A stretch of DNA of 64,000 nt from positions 96,001 through 160,000 of the forward strand of contig JBDTZG010000005.1 of the NCBI GenBank assembly GCA_040005235.1, given 5' to 3'. Origin of the DNA: Acidobacteriota bacterium. GTDB taxonomy: Bacteria; Acidobacteriota; Thermoanaerobaculia; Multivoradales; UBA5704. The position numbers and the translations under genes are program-made. Below are positions 57,947 to 64,000 of this stretch, in pieces. Within the stretch, counting starts at the first letter, position 1. Every line of letters begins with the position of its first letter. Under the pieces are notes generated by a model, which worked only from the letters and a program-made list of their open reading frames with translations, had not been told where the DNA came from and did no database searches.

Positions 57947-58840
57947 TTACAGCCGCCCTTCCTCGGCTGCTTTGAGGTACCCGAGGCATTTGTAGACCAG
58001 CTTTGCCGCCACGAAATCGCTTGCGGGCAGCGGCCCGAAGGGCGCCAGCTCGACCAGGTCCATCGCAACCACTTTCTTGGTCTTGAAGATCTGGCGCAGC
58101 AGGCGGAGGGTCGGCCACCAGGCGCCGCCTCCGGGCTCGGGGGTTCCGGTGGCGGGGACGAGCGACGGATCGAAGAAGTCGATGTCGAACGTCAGGTAGA
58201 CGTGCTCGGGGAGGGTGCTGAGCATCTCCGGCAGCATCTGATCGGCGCGGTCGAGCTGGTGGCCCCAGATCACCGGCATGTTCTTCGCCCGGATCAGCTC
58301 GGCCTCGGGGCTCGACAGCGAGCGGATGCCGATCGCGAGCGATGGGATGCCGTCCTCGTGAATCCGCCGCAGCACGCTCGCGTGGCTGTACGGGGTTCCC
58401 TCGAATTCCTCGCGCAGATCGGAGTGGGCGTCGAACTGGACTACGCCGATCTCTCCCTCGCCGGCCCAGGCTTTCCGGGCCGCCCGCACCGGGGCGATCG
58501 ACAGCGAATGCTCGCCGCCGAGGACGGCGAGGAACTTCTTCCGCTCGACGTGGGGTAGGCAGGCCGCTTCGAGGTCGGCCATCGCCGCGGCCATCTCGAA
58601 CGCCTCGGGATGAAACGGCGGAAGCGTCGCGATCCCTTGCGTGAACGGCTCGTCGCCCAACTCCTCGTCCCATAGCTCCATCGACTGCGACGCCCGGATG
58701 ATGGCGGCCGGGCCGTGAACCGTCCCCTTGCCGTACGACGTGGTGCGCTCGAACGGCACGGGAAGGACGACCGCGCGGGCGGTCTCGTAACGGCTGTGCT
58801 CCTCTTCGAGCAGGCCGAAATTCTGCGATGCGTGGGACAT
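57947..58840 (-). CDS. speB: Agmatinase
   Basis: GGEHS, FDAHSDLR and DIDFFDPSLVPATGTPEPGG motifs. Confidence 0.92.
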   Translation of the reverse strand: MSHASQNFGLLEEEHSRYETARAVVLPVPFERTTSYGKGTVHGPAAIIRASQSMELWDEELGDEPFTQGIATLPPFHPEAFEMAAAMADLEAACLPHVERKKFLAVLGGEHSLSIAPVRAARKAWAGEGEIGVVQFDAHSDLREEFEGTPYSHASVLRRIHEDGIPSLAIGIRSLSSPEAELIRAKNMPVIWGHQLDRADQMLPEMLSTLPEHVYLTFDIDFFDPSLVPATGTPEPGGGAWWPTLRLLRQIFKTKKVVAMDLVELAPFGPLPASDFVAAKLVYKCLGYLKAAEEGRL

Positions 58841-58935
58841 GGGCGGTTCGCTCCTTTCGATCGAGTCGGCGATTTCTAGCAGAAATTTGCCCGAACCATC
58901 GGGATCGAAGACCCCGTTTCGCGTCCTGGGAGGGT

Positions 58936-59676
58936 ATGAAACAGAATCCCGAACTTTTTCATTCTCCCTCCGCCCCTCGCCCGGCCGCTCGGCCCTCCGG
59001 CGGCCTGCCCATGCGGGAAGTTCCGGAAGCGGATCGCCCGCGCGAGCGCCTGCTGGAGCAGGGCGCCCGGGTGCTCTCGGACGGCGAGCTGCTCGCCGTG
59101 CTGCTGCGCACCGGCCGGGCCGGGGCCTCGGCGCTCGAAGTGGCGCGCGAGCTGCTTTCGGCGCACGGCGGCCTGGCCGGGCTGGAAAGCGTCGATCCCC
59201 GCGAGGTCCGCCGCCTCGGAGTCGGACCCGCCAAGGCCGCGAGCCTGCTCGCCGCGCTCGAAATCGGCCGCCGCCTGGCCCGCGAGCAGCTGCCCGACGA
59301 GCCACTTACCCGGCCGGCGGAGGTCGTCCGCTACCTCCAGCTGCGTTACAGCGAGCGCGACCAGGAGGTGATGGGCGCCCTGTTTCTAAACCTCAGGAAT
59401 CGGCTGATCGGCGAGCGGGAAATCTACCGCGGCACGATCGACCGGGCCTCGGTAGAGCCGCGCGAGGTGCTCAAGGAGGCGCTTCTGCGCGGAGCCACGG
59501 GGTTCGTCGTCTTCCACACCCATCCGAGCGGCGACCCGGCGCCAAGCCTGGAGGATTACGAGTTCACCCGGCGCCTGGTCCAGGCAGCCGACCTGCTTGG
59601 CCTGCGGCTGATCGACCACCTGATCCTCGGCGGCGGAGGGCGCTGGGCGTCGATCCGCGATCGGCGGCCGTGGTAG
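58936..59676 (+). CDS. radC: RadC/JAB-domain protein
   Basis: RPRERL, ELLAVLLRTG, HTHPSGD.PS.ED and DHLI motifs. Confidence 0.92.
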   Translation: MKQNPELFHSPSAPRPAARPSGGLPMREVPEADRPRERLLEQGARVLSDGELLAVLLRTGRAGASALEVARELLSAHGGLAGLESVDPREVRRLGVGPAKAASLLAALEIGRRLAREQLPDEPLTRPAEVVRYLQLRYSERDQEVMGALFLNLRNRLIGEREIYRGTIDRASVEPREVLKEALLRGATGFVVFHTHPSGDPAPSLEDYEFTRRLVQAADLLGLRLIDHLILGGGGRWASIRDRRPW

Positions 59677-59686
59677 CGTTTCCCTC

Positions 59687-61159
59687 GTGCGAGCCTCTTC
59701 CTCTTCCTCCTCTTCCGACGCCCCCGTGCATCTCCACCTGGACGCCGCGAGCGGCATCGCGGGCGACATGTTCCTCGGCGCCTGTTTAGACGCCGGCCTG
59801 CCGCCCGAGGTGCTGGTCGAGACGATCGAGCGGCTGGGGCTGCCGGGGATCGGTTTCGAGATGCGTCGCGCGGTGCGCGGTGGGGTGACCGGCATCCGCT
59901 TCCGCGTGCTGGAGCACGGCCGTTCGATCGAGGGACCCGACCCGGAAGAAATCGAGACCGGCCCGGCGCACGGGCATCACCATCACCCGCATTCCCATGC
60001 TCATCCCCACTCGCACGACGATCATGGCCACGAACCCGGGCATTCGCATTCCGACTCCGGCCATTCCCACGGTCACTCCCATGGCCGGCACCTGTCGGAA
60101 ATCCGGGGAATGCTCGCCGCGAGCGGTCTCGCCGCCCCGGTTCGCGAGCGGGCCGAGCGGCTGTTCGTCCGGCTGGGCGAGGCGGAGGCGAAGGTCCACG
60201 GGGTGCCGATCGAGCAGGTTCACTTTCACGAGGTCGGCGCGGTCGATTCGATCGTCGATCTGGTGGGCGCTGCCGCGGCGATCGAGCATTTCCGTCCGGC
60301 GCGAATCACCGCCTCGGCGATCAACGTTGGCGGCGGCCGGGTGAAGGCGGCCCATGGCGAGCTCGCGGTGCCCGCTCCGGCGACCGCCTTGTTGCTTTCC
60401 GGCATTCCGGTCTACGGCAGCGGCGGGGGGGAGCTGACGACGCCGACCGGAGCCACCCTGCTCGCCGAGTTGGTCGACGAATACGTCGAGTTTCCCGGCA
60501 TGATTTCCGAGGCGATCGGCTACGGCCTCGGCAAGCGCGACACCCCCGGCCGGCCGAACGTCTTCCGGGTGATCCGCGGCCGGGCAACGGTGGGAACCGC
60601 GCCGAGCGCGAGCTCGGTCGGGGTGCTCGGCGGGCTCGGCGCTCTGGGGACCCTCGGTCGCCGGGCCGAAGTCGCGGTCGTCGAGTGCGAGATCGACGAC
60701 CTGCCCGGCGAAGGATTCGGTTTTCTGATGGAGCGCCTGCTCGCCGCAGGCGCGCTCGATGTCTATTTCACGCCGGTTCAGATGAAGAAGAACCGGCCGG
60801 GTACGCTGGTGACACTGCTCTGCCGCCCCGATCAGCTGGAGCCGCTTGCCGGTCTGCTGCTGCTCGAATCGGGATCGCTCGGCTGCCGCATCCAACGGGC
60901 CGAACGGATCGAGGCCGAGCGCGAGGTGGTGGTGGTCGAAACGCAGTTCGGTCCCGTGGCGGTCAAGCGCGCCCGGCTCGCCGGCCGAACCTTCGCCGCG
61001 GCGCCGGAGTTCGAAGACTGCCGGCGGATCGCGCTCGACCGGGGAATCCCCTGGCGCGACGTCTACCGGCTGGCGAGCGCCGCGGTCGTCGCGGATGTCG
61101 CGGAAATCGCGGACGCCGCCGAGGGGGATCTCGGCCTGACGAAACGAGAGGCGGCATGA
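59687..61159 (+). CDS. larC: Nickel-pincer cofactor nickel insertase with His-rich region
   Basis: SGIAGDMFLGA, HFHEVGAVDS, TPTGA, MKKNRPG and PEFED motifs. Confidence 0.92.
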   Translation: MRASSSSSSSDAPVHLHLDAASGIAGDMFLGACLDAGLPPEVLVETIERLGLPGIGFEMRRAVRGGVTGIRFRVLEHGRSIEGPDPEEIETGPAHGHHHHPHSHAHPHSHDDHGHEPGHSHSDSGHSHGHSHGRHLSEIRGMLAASGLAAPVRERAERLFVRLGEAEAKVHGVPIEQVHFHEVGAVDSIVDLVGAAAAIEHFRPARITASAINVGGGRVKAAHGELAVPAPATALLLSGIPVYGSGGGELTTPTGATLLAELVDEYVEFPGMISEAIGYGLGKRDTPGRPNVFRVIRGRATVGTAPSASSVGVLGGLGALGTLGRRAEVAVVECEIDDLPGEGFGFLMERLLAAGALDVYFTPVQMKKNRPGTLVTLLCRPDQLEPLAGLLLLESGSLGCRIQRAERIEAEREVVVVETQFGPVAVKRARLAGRTFAAAPEFEDCRRIALDRGIPWRDVYRLASAAVVADVAEIADAAEGDLGLTKREAA

Positions 61160-62031
61160 GCCTCGCGGGAGCTACCGGGACGTTGCGCTCCGGCCTTGCC
61201 GGAGGGGGCTGGCTGCGCTGGGTGGCGGTGGACGTCGCCCCGGTGGTCGCCGACGTGCGCGACCGGCTCGACCTGTCGCCCGTCGCGACCGCGGCACTCG
61301 GCCAGGCGCTGGCGAGCGCCGCGCTGCTGCTCCGCCTGTCGCTCAAAGAGATCGGTTCGGTCTCGATCGAGCTGCGCGGAGATGGCCCGCTCGGCAAGGT
61401 CTTCGCCCAAGCCGACGCCGAAGGAAACCTGCGCGGCACGGTCGGCAAGCCGCAGCTCGACCTGCCGCCTCTCGCCGGCGGCGGACTCCCGGTGGCGGAT
61501 GCCATCGGCCAGGGCACCCTCCGCGTCGTCCGCGAGCTGCCTGACGGCGCGAGCCACGACAGCCAGGTGAAACTCACCTCCGGCGCGATGGGCAACCAGC
61601 TCGCCCACTATCTCGACCAGAGCGAACAGACCCGCTCGGCCGTGCTGCTCGGTGTGTTGCTCGAACCGACCGGCATCGGCGGGGCGGGAGGGGTGATCGT
61701 CGAAGCTTTTCCCGGCGTCGCCGAAGAGACGCTCGAACGCCTGGAACAAAACATCGCCGCCCTCCCCGGAGTCGGTCAAATGCTCGGCCACGGCAACCTC
61801 GACCACGCTCTCGCCACCCTGTTCGAAGGCCTCGATTGGGAATCGCTCGACGAAAGCCCCGTCCGCTACCGCTGCCGCTGTAGTCGAGGCCGCCTGCTCG
61901 AAATGCTCCAGCGCCTCCCCCACGAAGAGCTGGCTCCCCTCCGCAATCCGGAAGACGGAGCCATCCCCGCCGAATGCGCCTTCTGCGGCGCAATCTACCG
62001 CTACGCGATGGACGAGATCTCGCCGAACTGA
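61156..62031 (+). CDS. hslO: Hsp33 redox-regulated chaperone
   Basis: GDGPLG, YLDQSEQ and CRCS...CAFC motifs. Confidence 0.92.
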   Translation: MSLAGATGTLRSGLAGGGWLRWVAVDVAPVVADVRDRLDLSPVATAALGQALASAALLLRLSLKEIGSVSIELRGDGPLGKVFAQADAEGNLRGTVGKPQLDLPPLAGGGLPVADAIGQGTLRVVRELPDGASHDSQVKLTSGAMGNQLAHYLDQSEQTRSAVLLGVLLEPTGIGGAGGVIVEAFPGVAEETLERLEQNIAALPGVGQMLGHGNLDHALATLFEGLDWESLDESPVRYRCRCSRGRLLEMLQRLPHEELAPLRNPEDGAIPAECAFCGAIYRYAMDEISPN

Positions 62032-62090
62032 GGTTGGGGCTGGGCCGGATCGAAGCGCGCGAAACAATGGGTGGAGGGGCTTCGCCCGCC

Positions 62091-62108
62091 CTGTCACATC
62101 GCTGTCAC
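62091..62108 (+). promoter_or_regulatory. Pho box (PhoB/PhoP-binding direct repeat)
   Basis: CTGTCAC-ATCG-CTGTCAC, 11-bp period, upstream of pstS. Confidence 0.8.
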
Positions 62109-62227
62109 ACCTCGGCTCCCCACCTGCCAAACCCTGATGCGATCTTTCGGTTCGCTCGGACGGCTTCGGCCGTTTCGCGATCGAACTTAAAAGATATCTA
62201 CCCTGGTTTGGGAGAATGGAGAAAGCG

Positions 62228-63211
62228 ATGAAGCGCAGCTCGAAGATCGCCATGGTCGTGGGGATGGCGTCGTTCGCGGTGCTCCTGGGAGAGACGTCCC
62301 TTCTGGCGCAGGCCGGGAAGGTCGACGCATCGATCCCCGGATATTCGAAGGTGAGCGGCGTCTCGGGCAACGTCAGCTCGGTCGGCTCGGACACTTTGAA
62401 CAACGCGATGACGCTGTGGGCCGAAGGGTTCAAGAAGCAGTATCCCAACGTCCGCATTCAGATCGAGGGGAAGGGCTCTTCCACCGCGCCGCCGGCATTG
62501 ATTGCGGGCACCTCGCAGCTCGGGCCGATGAGCCGCGAGATGAAGGCCGAGGAGATCGACCAGTTCGAGAAGAAGTACGGCTACAAGCCGACGCAGATCC
62601 GGGTGGCGCTCGACGGCATCGGGGTGTTCGTCAACAAGGACAACCCGCTCCAGAGCCTGACGATCAGCCAAGTGGACATGGTGTTTTCGAAGACCCGGGC
62701 CTGCGGCGGCAAGAAGAACGCCGTCAAGTGGGGCGACCTGGGGGCGACGGGCGAATGGGCGAACCAGCCGATCAGCATCTACGGCCGGAACTCCGCCTCC
62801 GGCACGTACGGCTATTTCAAGGAAGTGGCGCTCTGCAAGGGCGACTACAAGGACACGGTCAAAGAGCAGCCGGGTTCGGCGTCGGTCGTCCAGGGGATTT
62901 CGTCCGACCGTTTCGGCATCGGCTACAGCGGCATCGGCTACAAGACCTCGGGGGTCAAGGCTCTGTCGTTGGGCAAGACCGCGGGGGCGATGTTCAGCGA
63001 CGATGCGGAAAACGTTTACGCGGGCAAGTATCCGATCTCGCGCTACCTCTACGTCTACATCAACCAGGCTCCGAACAAGCCGCTCGATCCGCTGGTTCGC
63101 GAGTTTGTGAAGTTCATACTCTCCCAGGAAGGGCAGCAGATCGTGGTCAAGGACGGCTTCCTGCCGCTCAAGGCGGCGGTCGCGTCCCAGGAGCTCGGGA
63201 AAGTCAAGTAA
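62228..63211 (+). CDS. pstS: Phosphate ABC transporter substrate-binding protein
   Basis: GSDT, GKGSST, RNSASGT and YPISRYLY motifs; start at 62216 or 62228. Confidence 0.95.
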   Translation: MKRSSKIAMVVGMASFAVLLGETSLLAQAGKVDASIPGYSKVSGVSGNVSSVGSDTLNNAMTLWAEGFKKQYPNVRIQIEGKGSSTAPPALIAGTSQLGPMSREMKAEEIDQFEKKYGYKPTQIRVALDGIGVFVNKDNPLQSLTISQVDMVFSKTRACGGKKNAVKWGDLGATGEWANQPISIYGRNSASGTYGYFKEVALCKGDYKDTVKEQPGSASVVQGISSDRFGIGYSGIGYKTSGVKALSLGKTAGAMFSDDAENVYAGKYPISRYLYVYINQAPNKPLDPLVREFVKFILSQEGQQIVVKDGFLPLKAAVASQELGKVK

Positions 63212-63213
63212 AG

Positions 63214-63318
63214 GAATGACGAATGTCGAATCACGAACCGAGAGTTGACCTCTCTCGGTTCTTGGTTCGCCGCTTCGGCATTGCCCATTTCTGAATCTCG
63301 ATTCGCCATTCGACATTT
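63214..63318. repeat. Heptanucleotide repeat stem-loop between pstS and pstC
   Basis: GAATGAC GAATGTC GAATCAC ... ATTCGCC ATTCGAC ATT. Confidence 0.6.
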
Positions 63319-63322
63319 CCCC

Positions 63323-64000
63323 ATGTCTGAGCCCTCCGAGCCCTCTACTCTCGCCGCGAAGCGCCGGGTCCATCCTCGCCTTCTACCGGCGCCCACTCCG
63401 CGGCGGCGGTTTTGGGCAGACCGGATCGCCCGTTCGGTGGTTTCCGCCGGGGGGATCGCGATCATCGCGAGCATCCTCGGTATCCTGGTCTTCATCCTGG
63501 TCGAGATCTGGCCCATTTTCGCGCGGCCCCGGGTCGCCCCGGAGCGCACCGCGGAGGTTTCGGGGGCGGTGCTCTCGGCGACGCTCACCGACGAGCATCG
63601 CGAGCTGGTGGCCGCCATCTCTGCCGACGGCCGGGTGGTCGCGGTGCGGGCCGAAAGCGGCAAGGTCGAAGCGGAGCGGCCGATCGCAGAACCGGTGATT
63701 GCGGTCACCGCCGCCTCGTCTCCTCCCGGCGGCCGGGCGTTGACCGCGGCGCTCGCCGACGGCCGGGTGGCGATCGTGCCGGTCGGTTTCGATGTGACTT
63801 TTGGCGGCGCCGACGGCTCGGTGCGGAAGACCGCGCCGCGATTCGATCCGCCGATCCTACTGCCGCTGGACCCTCTGGGCCGGCGGCTCCGCGTCTTTGC
63901 CGCCCAGCTGGGAGAAGACGGTGGCGCGATCGCGGCGGCGCAGCTGGCGGACGGTACCCTGGCCGTCACCCGCCGGTCGGTCGAAACCAACGGCATCACC
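63323..64000 (+). CDS. pstC: Phosphate ABC permease, long PstC type (3'-truncated by window edge)
   Basis: DRIARSVVSAGGIAIIASILGILVFILVEIWPIF; follows pstS. Confidence 0.8.
   Translation, partial: MSEPSEPSTLAAKRRVHPRLLPAPTPRRRFWADRIARSVVSAGGIAIIASILGILVFILVEIWPIFARPRVAPERTAEVSGAVLSATLTDEHRELVAAISADGRVVAVRAESGKVEAERPIAEPVIAVTAASSPPGGRALTAALADGRVAIVPVGFDVTFGGADGSVRKTAPRFDPPILLPLDPLGRRLRVFAAQLGEDGGAIAAAQLADGTLAVTRRSVETNGIT

Noticed and set aside
58936-59676. radC as a marker of a mobile or defence island
   Set aside because: Full-length chromosomal type among housekeeping genes; no integrase nearby

Overview
High-GC bacterial chromosomal window; gene content suggests Acidobacteriota, probably Thermoanaerobaculia (inference). 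From left to right: (1) an ECF sigma/ZAS anti-sigma pair, a Cys-less TlpA-like protein, an M23 peptidase and a GHMP kinase; (2) a minus-strand four-gene cassette (4008-6985) made of a 48-aa peptide, an XRE-HTH regulator, a stand-alone TPR protein and a secreted protein. The peptide carries two copies and the secreted protein three copies of a shared nonamer I-x-[AS]-[QH]-I-[IV]-[DE]-[IL]-G. This looks like a 'split RRNPP'-type peptide-signalling system and is the top candidate for a novel system; (3) a large cell-surface and glycosylation locus in which wzm and wzt are about 14 kb apart and bracket an FG-GAP protein, an S-layer-like protein, two paralogous propeller/PKD proteins, an arylsulfotransferase, a TylF methyltransferase and an Rpn gene with an internal RBS, followed by a radical SAM protein, GT2 and GT4; (4) an STK-TPR kinase, DAO, a PP2C phosphatase, a rubrerythrin-like protein, a BON-LysM protein and a second, Wzx-type polysaccharide operon; (5) an island with a 15 x 21-bp tandem repeat, a Uma2 pseudogene and a MazEF-type toxin-antitoxin pair; (6) housekeeping genes: rpsP-khpA-rimM-trmD-rplS-rnhB, an SgmX-like TPR protein, a DHS-family enzyme, a two-component system, SigK/RskA, ampD, thiolase, SDR, a REPIN, speB, radC, larC, hslO and a Pho-box-preceded pstS-pstC. 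No rRNA, tRNA or CRISPR array was seen. All family assignments come from motif recognition by eye; no database search was run.
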